Shown here: positions 37,301 to 49,100 of the stretch, piece by piece
Layout of the letters: each line of letters starts with the position of its first letter
How positions within the stretch are numbered: the first letter of the stretch is position 1
Source: Trypethelium eluteriae
Lineage: Eukaryota
DNA: 49,713 nucleotides
Assembly (NCBI GenBank): GCA_051942245.1
Contig: JAVECL010000119.1
Coordinates: forward strand, 1-49,713
Direction of reading: 5' to 3'
Notes under the pieces: generated by a model
Databases searched by the model: none
The model's input: the letters and a program-made list of their open reading frames with translations, nothing else
Told to the model about the DNA's origin: nothing
Made by a program: the position numbers and the translations under genes

Positions 37301-38647
37301 TACCCCGTTTTGGTCTTTTCTTATGAGAGCATTTCTCAACTCGGTTGTCACGCAGAGCACAATGCTCCTTACCAAACCAAATGACCATCATCCATCCTCG
37401 TCTTCGTCCTGTGAATATAACCTGCCGCTATCTCTGTAGACCAGCAAGACGTCCAGCTGCTGTAGGATCCCATTTGCTAGATGGCAGATTCGCACACTGA
37501 CTACATCGACGCGTTGAATACGCTGCCGAAGCCGGATCCCGAAGCCTCGACCGCCTCGATGCGCCAGACTTTGCGGGAATGGCATTTGTTGTTCGCAGCA
37601 ATACCTGAGGCCCATGATGGGAGCTAGCCATCATTATTGCCGATGAGAAGCGCAGGATCGCCTACGCTGATTTAGAACAGTAACCACGTTGCGCAATTTG
37701 AAGATGCGGCAGGCACAATGACTCTTTCCACTTGCATGAATACGACGTCGGCATTGAGAGAAGAGTGATACTTGGCCGGGATCATCACGGAGAATACTGC
37801 GGTTCGTATATCGACCCGAGGCACGATGATATCATAGAAGAGGTAAATGAGTCGTTTAGAAGGACCATAATCGCGTCCAAGTGGTTCTCCCAAGGCGAGA
37901 AGCCCAGGAGTATCTGGCTTTCTCCGTCACAACCCAGGGCAGGCCACTGATGAAGTTGACGCATAGGATCTCCAGTCGGAGACTTGGTCCGTGGCCATGT
38001 TATTGTGGCATTATAGCGCCGGCTTTGAACGTACTTCGTTGCCAGGGAAGGTATTGCCCTGCTGCTGAGCTCACAAATACTCGGGGCTTACACACTTGGA
38101 TATTTGATTGGCGACAAATTGACCATCGAGGGTGAACAAAGGTGCGTATTGATTTCGATGCAGATACGGGATTTGCACACGATGAGCTGCAATACCCGAC
38201 CTCCCTTCATATCCACGATAGCAATGCCATGGATCAGTTCTTGACCTTTGATTCAGGGTCTGGACCCAGCATGTATCATTGTTTCGTATCCGAGAAGAGT
38301 TTGAGCATTGTTGTAATTCAGGCTTGGAGGTCGGATTTACGCTGCCTACGTGGTACCGCTGTCAGCCTGGGTCGTATGAAACATCATAAATATCGAATAA
38401 TCATCCAAAAATTGCCCAGTGTGCCAGACATACGTACCACCATGGAAAAGAGACCAAGGTAACAGCAACCGCTATCAGAAGCTTGGTGAAAGTGGCGACT
38501 GATCTGAGGGAAGAGCTTGAGGGTGATAGACGGAAGGTGTAACATAGAGGTGAAGACGACTTTGAATGCCTTTCCACCCTCAAGCCGAAGTAAGGGCACA
38601 TAGACAGATGAACCGCCGAGGTTGTTTCGAGACTTCAATGTCATATC

Positions 38648-39292
38648 TCAACATATAATGCCGTCCCCTTCGTCTTCCTGCTTGACGTGGCCCAATCCAT
38701 CTTTCGTCTTCCTCCGCTTCTCATTCCTCTTTCTCCTCCGCTCCTCACGCTCCCTCTCATCCTGCTCCTGCCTGACCGCCAGCCTCTCCCCCAAATCCAC
38801 CACCTCCGCATCTTTCTCATCCTCCCTCTTCCTCTTCAACCACGCCAGCCGCTCCCTCACCTCGTGCACCGTCGCCCGCTTCACCTCCCCGCTCTGCCCC
38901 GTCGCCACCAAATGCTGCCGACTGTTCAAGTGCTCCACAAACTGCAAGTTGTCCTTGAACGTCAAGTCGCACGCGTCGCAGTAGAAGCCGGCGCCCTTGC
39001 CTCTCTTACCCACCGCCGACCCGGCGGGCACCAGCATCGTCTTGCCGACCTGCGACGCGACATCGAGGCGCGCTTTGCGGGCTTCGGTCTCTTGGGCATC
39101 GGGAGGCGTGGAGGCGCGTCGTACGTATTTCTTGCCGGCGAGCGCGGCTTCGTATCTGGCTTTGCCTTCGTCCTTGAGCTTTTGCTCGCGGGAGGCGGCT
39201 TTTTCCGCGTATTCGCCTTTGTCCCAGGTTCGGCGGAAAGAGGTGTCTGAAGAGCCTGCACCGTATGCGCCACTCTTTTTTGAGTCGGCCAT
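38648..39292 (-). CDS. SNU23: U4/U6.U5 snRNP component Snu23 (ZMAT2-like matrin zinc finger)
   Basis: DTSFRRTWD, GKRGKGAGFYCDACDLTFKDNLQFVEHLNSRQH, VKRATVHEVRERL, charged C-terminal helix. Confidence 0.92.
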   Translation of the reverse strand: MADSKKSGAYGAGSSDTSFRRTWDKGEYAEKAASREQKLKDEGKARYEAALAGKKYVRRASTPPDAQETEARKARLDVASQVGKTMLVPAGSAVGKRGKGAGFYCDACDLTFKDNLQFVEHLNSRQHLVATGQSGEVKRATVHEVRERLAWLKRKREDEKDAEVVDLGERLAVRQEQDEREREERRRKRNEKRRKTKDGLGHVKQEDEGDGIIC

Positions 39293-40079
39293 GATGGGTG
39301 AGTGAGGGCAGAAGTCTAATAGAGGAGCAGAAAATCACGGTAGCAGATTGTATAGTGTTGCTGAGACTTGCGAGGCCGAGGGATGGTGTGTTTGCCAAAG
39401 TTATGGCCCTTGCAGCTTCATGAATGGTCCAGGACAGTCAAGCTGCAAAGTCTAGTACCAATTCGAGAGTACTCCGTACCTTAGTTATAATAATATGTCG
39501 GGTTGGGTGGACAAGACCTTTCCTTGGAGTGGTCAGCCCATATCTGATCAAGCACGTCATGTCAACTTCTTGAACGAGATTCTGTTGACCGGTTCCGGCC
39601 CTCACATTCCCTGCTCTGAACATCTCATGCTCAACCCGGCTTCCCCAGCCACTACATACTAAACATGGCTCAGCTGAAAACTCAGCCCGGCCAAACCCTT
39701 CCTCTCCAATATTGCCCAAGTCATACTGTGTTCAAAATTATGTGATCTTGTCTTGCTTTGGGGATGATACAACAGGCTTGGCACTCAGAGATGAAGCTGT
39801 CATTAAACGCGTGCCACCTTACCTCGCGTATCTTTAAGTATTTAGGTATGTATTGCCTTGCAGGTTTATTGGATTAGCGTGATTAGGTAGCCATACCTAC
39901 GAGGCACAAAAGCAGGTACTTGCATTAGACACATGCACGGTAAATTCTGCCTCTTTGATTGGGCACATTCCCTCATCGCCACGGTCGAGTCAGCCTTAAG
40001 GGATCTCATTGACAGATTCAAGAAGTCGGTTCATTACGAACAACCCTAAACTTTTCAACCATTGGTTTCTAGCGCCAGC

Positions 40080-43000
40080 ATGCTGCCACTCGACGCCTTG
40101 GGTGTTGCGGCTGCCGCCGTACAGTTTATCGATTTTACATGTAATTTCATCTCAAAGACAAATCAGATCAGAAAAGACGGCTCTTCCCTCGAAGTTCAAT
40201 TTGTGCATGAGAACACTTCGGCTGTAATTGCCTGGAATGCCGGTCTCCGATCGCGTAGAAGGGAGATTGCTCAGCACAACGACGAGCTTTCGCAGCTTGA
40301 GAAGGTAAGAACATATCTACTGTCTACCAAATTATCAGGGTTCATCGTATGCAAGGAACTAGACGGAGTTCTCCTCGGATGCTGCAGCCTGGCGGACGAT
40401 CTTATTAATCGCCTAGCAAAACTGTCGGCTACAAACACAGGTATTATCGAAAGTCTTCGCAAGGCATTTCTTACCCTGCTGAGCAAAGAAAAATTGGGAC
40501 AACTGTCTACGCAACTGCAGGAATACCGGAATAATCTAAATACCTACATTCTTGCAATCCTTAATGAGAAGTTGGAGAAACATCACGGCGACTTCACTAC
40601 TAGGCTCGACTGTCTCGAGAAGGAACAGAAGGAAATCAAGAAGGGCCAGGATAAAGTGCTTGAGGTCCTAACCTTTTCCACACACTCTTCTGTGGCTCCA
40701 GCTAAACTCGATCGGCCATTTACTTCTTCCGAACATGACGTGCTTCAATCTCTTCTGTCCGAATCGGAGCTTCGAGAAGGCAAGGCGGTAGAGACTTGGA
40801 TACAAGACGAGCGGCCCATATCTGCTATAGCACTGGTCTCAAACGAAGGGGGAAATACCTCTCAAGTGTATCTCAGTCCTCAACAACATGAAAGCATAGT
40901 AGTGCCTCCTTTAGGAGCTGCTGTGTCAACAACTGTTTTCCGACCAAGCCCTGGGGGGCTGCATGCCAACCATGTCTTCACCGAGAAATTCAAACCCCTG
41001 GTGCAAAGCGTACTAAATGCTCTTAATTCCTCATCGTTGCAGTTACGCAAGGATGAAATCAGTCAGGCGCACAAGGAGACCTTCAAGTGGATATTTGAGC
41101 GGTGCGACTGTCCAGAGAATCAGGAAGGGACAGGTATCCATCCCAAAACGACCGGTTTTATCGAATTTCTTGAAAGCCAGGGTGGGTTCTGCTGGGTGAA
41201 TGGGAAGCCTGGTTCAGGAAAGTCGACACTGATGAAGTTTGTGCACGACCATAAGCGCACTGAAGATGCTTTGAAGGTGTGGTCTGCTAATTGCCAGTTG
41301 CTTATTGCTTCTCATTTCTTTTGGAGTGCTGGGATCGAGTTACAAAAGTCTCAGGCCGGACTTCTACGGTCCATATTAACAGAGATTGTATTGAAGTTTC
41401 CAGCTTTGGTCCCCGCCGCGTTTCCCGAAACTTGTCGACAGCTGCTCCACCATGGGTTCGTAGACGCACCAAATTTCACAAATTCTGACCTGCGAATGGC
41501 ACTCCGACGCGTCCTGACAGTAGGGAATACATGGCTTCGAGTCTGCTTGTTTATTGACGGTGCAGACGAGTTTGCTGGCCCTCCAATCGAGCTTTGCGAT
41601 CTCCTTAATGAAATAGTAGCTTTTCCTTGCGCCAAGGCTGTAGTGTCAAGTAGACCGTGGAACGTCTTCAACGATCAGTTCGGCGGCAGTCCTTCCATTC
41701 GCGTGCAAGACCTCACCGTGGGAGATATTCAGGCATATGTGGAAACGGAACTCAAAGGCAATTTATCCCTAGCCGAATTCTTTGAACAGAACCCATCGAT
41801 GGGTGCATCTTTCGTGGAACAAATCACTCAAAGGGCTTCGGGTGTGTTTCTCTGGGTGTTGCTCGTCGTGCGCTCATTAATCCGTGGATGGAGGGATGGG
41901 GATAGACCAGAAGAACTTCAAGCTAAACTTGATGGCATGCCGGCTGACCTTGAGGGCTTCTATAATCGAATGTTCGAAAGTATGGAGCCTACATACCAGG
42001 ATCAAGCCGCACAGATGTTTCTTATCCTACTTCGAAACATCGAGCTAAGGCTATCCCCAATCAGTGTCCTGCAGATGAGCTTCGCCGGAAATGACACTTT
42101 AGAGGACGCCATCAAAGCACCGCAGAGATTGGTGCTCGCTCAAGAACGAAGCCAAATTCACGCATCGCTGGAGAGAAGATTACTATCCAGGACAAATTGC
42201 TTAATTGAAGTCGTACGGCAGTCTGCTGATGAATACGCTGGTTCTTCTGCGATCGATATGCGTGTCGAATTCTTGCACAAGACAGTCGTTGATTTTCTTT
42301 ATCTTCCTCGCATCCAAGAAAAGCTCGCAGCGTATAAGAGTTCTTACTTCGATCCTGACGCTAGATTGCTAGCAGCTGGCCTTCACGAGATTAAAGTCCT
42401 TCCCATGGAAAACGCCATAATTGTTGCATCCGACAGAGTCTGGTGCGCTATGTGGGACTGCTTTAACATGGTGGAAGCCATGGAGTCTCGGTGGAGGCGA
42501 CCGTATACTGCGGTGCTCGATGAGCTTGATAGGACAATGACTAAACATTGGGAAGCCGCAGAAATTGTCAAGCTCTCTTCCCATGAGCAGGACTGGAAGC
42601 ATACTGCTAACTACCCATGCTGGTCGGCGTACGTCTTGGAGTCCTTGATGAAGCGCAGGCTGGCTGACTCCCCACTGCAAAGGGTATACAAGAGAGGAGC
42701 AGTGGATGCATATCTGGTTGTAGCAACATTTAGCGGCTGTGTGCTATATATTGCAAATAAGATGTTGGGCACCACTTTCATTGTGGATGTGTCTGATGCA
42801 CTCCTGGCCGAAATTGTCTACCAGTTTTTCGAGCCTTATGCGGGAGACGAGGAGAAAGATCATTTAGATTGGAATTTGAATGTCATAACGGCTATCAAGC
42901 AGTTACTTGCGCAAGGCGCCAATCCAAATGCTTCATATGTTCTATCGAGATCCTTCGACGAAAAGGAAATTAGTACACTAAAGCGAGCATTTGGAAACCA

Positions 43001-43556
43001 CGGCTTGGGGAAGGGAAAGAGATATCGACAAAGGCTAAGCATATGGGAATTCTGCGTGGTGCAAATTCTAAGTATTATCACCTTGGAGCGGGTCCCAGAT
43101 TCAGACAGGCACAATAAATACAGTCCAGAACGCGCCATTGAGCTCTTCCAATTATGCACCAATTTTCTCACCGCAGGAGCAGAGCTCTCCTGTGCCTTTA
43201 AAGGTGCGAAAGCAGTTGACAACGGCAAATTGAAATCGATCTCCGGAGAAAAGGTCCCTCTTTCGGTGGGCACAGTACTGGAACGACTCCGAATGGCAAG
43301 TCTCCATCCAGCGAAGCGCATTTTTGTGACATCAATCCAGGAAGGGGACGTAGAACGAATCAATGCTGCGTACCAAGAAGCGATGAATGTTTACAGGAGA
43401 AGAAAGCGAGGAGGGCGCATTCTGATGGAGTTTGAGAGACTCCAGGCGTGGCTTGGAGTGATCTTCCGTTCTTCCGCTTTTCAATCGTTCTGCACCTTCG
43501 TCTTGGGAGGCTTAGTCGTTCTCTGTGTTGCACGATTGTCCGAACGGTCCAGGTGA
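40080..43556 (+). CDS. NACHT-domain NLR-like STAND protein with fungal N-terminal helical domain
   Basis: N-terminus MLPLDALGVAAAAVQFIDF; RKDEISQAHKETFKWIF; Walker A WVNGKPGSGKSTLMK; HFFWSAG..QKS..GLLRS; Walker B LFIDGADE; SSRP; QDLT..DI; ASGVFLWV; FLHKTVVDFL. Probable 51-nt in-frame intron at 40305-40355. Confidence 0.92.
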   Translation: MLPLDALGVAAAAVQFIDFTCNFISKTNQIRKDGSSLEVQFVHENTSAVIAWNAGLRSRRREIAQHNDELSQLEKVRTYLLSTKLSGFIVCKELDGVLLGCCSLADDLINRLAKLSATNTGIIESLRKAFLTLLSKEKLGQLSTQLQEYRNNLNTYILAILNEKLEKHHGDFTTRLDCLEKEQKEIKKGQDKVLEVLTFSTHSSVAPAKLDRPFTSSEHDVLQSLLSESELREGKAVETWIQDERPISAIALVSNEGGNTSQVYLSPQQHESIVVPPLGAAVSTTVFRPSPGGLHANHVFTEKFKPLVQSVLNALNSSSLQLRKDEISQAHKETFKWIFERCDCPENQEGTGIHPKTTGFIEFLESQGGFCWVNGKPGSGKSTLMKFVHDHKRTEDALKVWSANCQLLIASHFFWSAGIELQKSQAGLLRSILTEIVLKFPALVPAAFPETCRQLLHHGFVDAPNFTNSDLRMALRRVLTVGNTWLRVCLFIDGADEFAGPPIELCDLLNEIVAFPCAKAVVSSRPWNVFNDQFGGSPSIRVQDLTVGDIQAYVETELKGNLSLAEFFEQNPSMGASFVEQITQRASGVFLWVLLVVRSLIRGWRDGDRPEELQAKLDGMPADLEGFYNRMFESMEPTYQDQAAQMFLILLRNIELRLSPISVLQMSFAGNDTLEDAIKAPQRLVLAQERSQIHASLERRLLSRTNCLIEVVRQSADEYAGSSAIDMRVEFLHKTVVDFLYLPRIQEKLAAYKSSYFDPDARLLAAGLHEIKVLPMENAIIVASDRVWCAMWDCFNMVEAMESRWRRPYTAVLDELDRTMTKHWEAAEIVKLSSHEQDWKHTANYPCWSAYVLESLMKRRLADSPLQRVYKRGAVDAYLVVATFSGCVLYIANKMLGTTFIVDVSDALLAEIVYQFFEPYAGDEEKDHLDWNLNVITAIKQLLAQGANPNASYVLSRSFDEKEISTLKRAFGNHGLGKGKRYRQRLSIWEFCVVQILSIITLERVPDSDRHNKYSPERAIELFQLCTNFLTAGAELSCAFKGAKAVDNGKLKSISGEKVPLSVGTVLERLRMASLHPAKRIFVTSIQEGDVERINAAYQEAMNVYRRRKRGGRILMEFERLQAWLGVIFRSSAFQSFCTFVLGGLVVLCVARLSERSR

Positions 43557-43872
43557 ATGATATTGGGAAAGGACACTAGGGTAGACAGTTTGGCATACCA
43601 CATGCTCATACCTGCAGAAGATTACCGGGTTGTAGTAAGTGGGGTCTTGATAGTGTTATGGAAGTGGATTGGACAATCTTGACAGAGCTGTCTGTAGCTC
43701 TCCGCAGACGAAGAACACTTATTCTTTCCAATTTCTGGCTACGGTCGGCATTATGTCTTTCGACGCTCTCTATGAGCAACACATCCAAAGCGAGGATCGG
43801 TACCTCTAAACCTTGATATGTCTGTTCAAGCGGTATCCCGTGGCGGAGTTTGCATGACCGTCGTGCCGTATT

Positions 43873-45697
43873 CTAATAACTTCGAGGAAGCTCAAGAACT
43901 CTATGCAGGAAGATCTGATTAGCAATCCTTCACTCTTCATCAAAGTGTACTGTGGGTCACATACTTTTCGCCAATAAAATTCATGATCATCTCCTATTCG
44001 TTATCAATAAGGCATTCTTGAGAACATGGTTAGGAGGCCATGACTGACTTTGCTCACGGGAGCGATTCTGGGGACAAAGCATTCCCGCAAGTACCGCTCT
44101 ACATGATATTCTTGAGCGTAGCCCATTCCACCATGTGCCATTACAGCCCTCTCACAGGCTGTGAATGCAGCCTCTGCGGCGAGATACTTGGCGCTGTTGC
44201 AAGCGACGCCAACTGCATGTTGTGTCACACTATCATCTTCTTTACTCCTGTCGTACAATCTGGCGGCATGATAAGTTGCAAGTTTCGCGGCTTCTAGATT
44301 CATGTAAGCCGCAGCAAGGGGGTGTTGAATGCCTTGGTTTTGGCCAATTGGTCTACCAAACACGACTCGTTCACGAGCATAGTTTGCTGCTCTTTTCAAT
44401 GCTACGTAGCCTAGCCCGAGAGCCTCGCCTGCTAGGAGACATCGCTCGGCATTCATGCCATGCAGCACGATCTTGAAACCTTGGCCTTCGTTGCCAATCA
44501 GTGTGTCCGCTGGAATTTTGTAATTGTCGAAGAATACTTCGTTGGCATCGACACTTCTCCCACCCATCTTTGCAATTCGTTTCAGCTCCAATCCGGGAGC
44601 GGACTTATCTAAATCGATATAGAATAGTGATAGTCCTTCGGAGGGCTTTTTCACGTCTTCCAAAGCAGTGGTCCTCGCGAGTAGGATCATTTTGGTTGCG
44701 ACTTGAGCGCTACTTATCCAGCTATTTCAGGATCAGCAAGGTATCGCTGGAGATAGTGAGCTACCGTCCGTATAGTACTTGCATCTTCTGGCCTGAAATC
44801 TTATAGTGGTCACCATCGCGAGTAGCCATACTCCTCAATTTTAGTGTCTCTAGACCAGTATTAGGCTCCGTACTAGAAACCATGATATTTTAGTTTCTTC
44901 GTCTGTCGACAGAATAATTAGAGACTCACACTCCGAAACATGCTCTCCATTCGCCACTGATAAGTTTCGGGAGCATGCGATTTCGCTGCTCTTCTGTTGC
45001 GAATTTCGCGACCGGCTCTGTTGCGTAAGAGGGCTATATACAAGACGAATATTGAGCTTGCCTACCTGTGTAGCGTACACATTTGCGTGGATTGATTGGG
45101 CACCAGCGATGCCGGCTCCACTTCTACAGCGAAAGATCAGAATACGTGCTTCAAGTCTTGAGCATGTCAAAACCGTTTCCCAACAGTCGAAGAGAGATAC
45201 ATCAAAGGGAATCAACGAAGGAAGAGAGGCCTGGATTATGAGGATAGGTAATGTACTCAGCAATAGTATGCAGCATCATGGTTGCCTCCGAAATGCCTAG
45301 GCCACCTCCGCCTAGTTCTGTGGGGAGAGCAATTCCGATCCAGCCATCTTTGGCTAATGCGGCGTGTAATTCATGAGGATATTCTCCAGATTGATCATGC
45401 TTCATCCAATATTCCTAGGGCTAGTCAATGTATTTTTCAAGCCGAGTCCATATGCCATACATCAGGGAAATTCGAACAGATCTTTTCTATAGCCGCTCGA
45501 ACATCCAGCTGCTCCTCTGTGAATCCGGATGTTTCCATGATGCGGTGACGATGAGTCGATGAGAAATTGTGCCTCTGCGAGAGCGTTTGGTAGAATGGCC
45601 TCCATGATCGTTGATATACAGGAAAATTGGCCGTAGCCCTTTTCATATTGCATAATAAAGTTCTACGCAAAGAATGCCAGGTAGGGACACAAGCCAT
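43873..45697 (-). CDS. Acyl-CoA dehydrogenase, probably mitochondrial (multi-exon)
   Basis: GWIGIALPTELGGGGLG, QSIHANVYAT, ISGQK|WISSAQ, KMGGRSVDANEVFFD, NAERCL, ERVVFGRPIGQNQGIQH, HGGMGYAQEYHVERYLRE, LELPRSY*. Start Met uncertain (45697 or 45646). Confidence 0.9.
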
Positions 45698-46117
45698 GAT
45701 GGAATCGAAAGTGAAATTCTAGTTGATTCTCGCGTATATACACATTCAAAACGAACAGTGATATATAGAAGGAAAGATGTTACGAAAGTCCGATTCGCGG
45801 CATGATAGGATGGCCGGTATTCGGTTGAAGTTAGACGACCTTGTCGAGGGGGCCGTGGGGCGTGAGGGGGCAGACAGAGTGTGTGTCTACTGTAGGAGTC
45901 GGAGGTGACCGCAATCAGGTCTACGCCGCTAGCGCATCGTGTCGGCCCTTCCACTTCTGCAGAAGTCAAAACAACGCGCTGCATCACCACCTCTCCGCTC
46001 TTCCTGCGCAATTCCACACCTCCCTGGATAATGATTTAACCGACACTCCTCAATCAGACCTTTTTCTGATAGCGCATCGCATTCCCTCTGTTTGCGGAGC
46101 AAGCGTCATTGCTGACC

Positions 46118-49100
46118 ATGGCGACTCTCAGATCCAAGGCGCCGCAGATTGGCTCTAGTCGATGGATCCTCAACGAGAGGGAACAGGCCCAAAACTTCAT
46201 TGACCAAGAGATTGAAGAGTTCACATATGCAGCAAAGAATGACTTGGAATGGCTCAACGAACATATGGCTGAGATATTCAGTAACAATCAGCTGTATGGC
46301 ATTAATTCCGATTACTTCCCGTAAATACTAAGGAATTCGATAGGCACGTTGCAGATGTCTTCAAAACCCCCGGAAAACTAAGAGGCAAGACACCAAGGAC
46401 AGCGCGAAAGCGAGCGCCACTAGAGTCTCGAGCAGTACGTGGCCTTGTTCCTCTGATTGTGTACAGCTAACCTGCTGTAGCCTTTGACCGATATTTTCGC
46501 ACCGAACACTCAAAATACGAAGAGCCCAGCACACGCGACAGACTTTTACCGGCAAGTCACAAAGCTACAAGGCGACGCTGCTACCCAGAGCGCATTGAAA
46601 CCATCACCAAATCGTCAACCCCAGATACCCGTTACCGGAAAAGAGAATACAGACTCAGGATATCACGGCATGCCCGAAGATGACGTCGAGATACATGGGA
46701 CTGCAAAAGCTGTCCCTAGCCAGAATGTGGAACAGACGCTCCAAACTTCAAGTCCTCCCGCACACCACTCAACACCTCAATGGCAGCAAGATGATAATGT
46801 CGAAGAGCGAAGAACAACTGTAGGATCATTCGTTTCTGCTAAAGAAGGATTCGGTAGTAAAGCTGTCTCGATTGAGAATCTTCGCGACGAGGACGAGCTT
46901 ACGATTCCCGACGATGAAATGAAGGTTGACGAGATTGCTTCACAGACGGCGGTGCATGACACAGAAACAGCGCAGGATACGATCATGGCGGATCGAGATG
47001 CTACAATCGATGAGCAGACCAATGATGGCCAGCGTCAAACAGATACAACAACGAAGGCACAGGATCTGGAGCGTGCGGACGATCCAATGGAAGTGGATGA
47101 TGTGCCATCTCCTTCCGAAAGTTCGAGTTCAGAGAAACCTCTGTTACGGAAGAGTAGCTTGACTTTTGCGTCGCTTCCTGCGCGAGAGCCTCTTGCGAAA
47201 AGGAGCGTAGGAACTAGGACCAGCAATCTTGAGCAGCACCGCTCCACGGGAGTACGTGCTAGTAGCCAGATTGGAAATTGGAATGGCTCCCGCAGCACTA
47301 CAGAGAATCAAAACGCGCGCGCCACGAACAATTTCGACGATGCGAATTCTGTGGCTCACGATGAAAACGATGGTTCCGGTCGCAACAATCAAAATTTCGA
47401 GAGCATCAAGAGACACAATGAGAGCGCTACCCAGCGTCTGCATGAGCGAATCACAATGCTTGGTCAGGCCAAAGAACCGAGAGCATCAAAATCAATTCCT
47501 TCTATGGTACCAAACGGCCAGAATATGCCGTCCCACCTATCCAAACGGGAAACTGCCGCAGATCACGATTTGAATCCCGTGCATACCGAGGACGAAAAGT
47601 TGCGGACAGCCGACGACGACGACGATGATGATGATGATGACTGGATTGCACCGATAGATTCAAAAAAGCATGGGCAGGCTCCTCAGCGGCCTCGGCTTGC
47701 GAAAAGTAGCTCTGCTGATGTTATGGAGAAGATCAGTGGAAAGGTGACTATCGGAAACTTCGACCAACATCAATCTACGACTTTGGCTACTGCGGAACGA
47801 CCCCGAACATCACCCACGAAAACTTGGGATTCGATGCCAAAAGTATTCGAGACTGAGACTACCAATTACAATCGTGCTGAGAGGCCGATAACGGCTGGGA
47901 GCGCTTCGCTGAAGAAAACAGGCTCTACCTCACAACCGGACCTTGCCTCAGCAGCAGGATTCGTCGAATCGACAACTCCAGTAGGCTCACCGATGTCAAA
48001 GCGACATCCAGATGGACCGCTCAGTGCTTCGAAAGCCAAGCTCTATTCTGTCCTCAAATCTGCCAGAGGCATCTTCGCAAGTAGTGCGGGCGTAAGTGCT
48101 CAAGCAAAGATGGAGACCCTTTCACCTTCCGCGAATCGCTCGAAAAAGCCAGAACAGCCACCGTCTATCGATCAGATATTCCAACCTAACAGGACCGAAG
48201 AGTTATCCGTAGCCAAACAAAACCCTATTAGCCCCAATAAAGCAGGTGAAGGCAGGAGGACTAGAAGCTCATCTGAGCGAGAGGAGAAGAAAAGAGAAAA
48301 AGAAGCTAAGGAACAGCGCGCTCGAGATGAGCAACTCGCTAAGGTCCGAGAACAGGAGAGGTTGAAGGCAGCGTCACAAAAGAGCCAGCGTAACGCGAAA
48401 GAGGATCGTCAGCAACAACCTCCTGGTCTTGACAAAGCTACGGATGGTGCGGTGGAAGAGGCGATTGAGCCACCAGATGCAATGGCCCCACCTGCTGTGC
48501 CAAAGACAAATATGTCCTTACAGGGCCAGAAGCCAAGAAGACCCATGAAGCCTGCAAAGGATCCGCTTCCAAAATCTCAACCGGCTCCGGTATCCGTTCG
48601 GTTGCCTTCACAGTCGAAGAGGGTAAGTAGCCATTGTTCGTGCTTTCTTGATATTACTCGTTTGCTAAGTTATAACACAGGTTGGTCAAGCCACAACCAC
48701 CAATACCAGCCAAACTTCAGCCCAGGACTCTTTTTCATCTTCTCAGTCCAAGCCAAGTGGTCCCGTCTCGAAGGCGAGCACCACATCACTTCAGTCTTCA
48801 ACTTCGAACAATAATTTGAAGAGCTCAACTTCGGCAGCCCAGAAGCCTAACTCTCTACAAGCAGCTGCTAGGAAGAAAGAACTCGTAAGTATTTCTACTT
48901 CTCTATTCAAGGAGTCGTTTCTCATACGAACATAGGAAGAGAAGGCGGCGCAACGTAAAGCAGAGCAGAAGCGCGAACTCGAGCGGAAACGAGCTGCCAA
49001 GCAAGAAGAGGAGCGACGACAAGAGCAACAACGCAAGGCTGCAGAGCAGCAGCGAATGCAGGAGGCCAGAGAGGCAGCCCAACGAAAAGCTCTAGAACAA

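Noticed and set aside
38622..39398. Multiple alternative ORFs over SNU23
   Set aside because: Antisense or off-frame shadows of a GC-rich gene.
39490..39700. GGGTTGGGT / AACCCGGC / CCCGGCCAAACCC motifs suggesting MITE ends upstream of the NLR
   Set aside because: No clean terminal inverted repeat or target-site duplication could be delimited.
39300..40900. Amyloid signalling motif (HRAM/PP/sigma) associated with the NLR
   Set aside because: No N/Q/G-rich pseudo-repeat was seen at the NLR N-terminus or in an adjacent small ORF.
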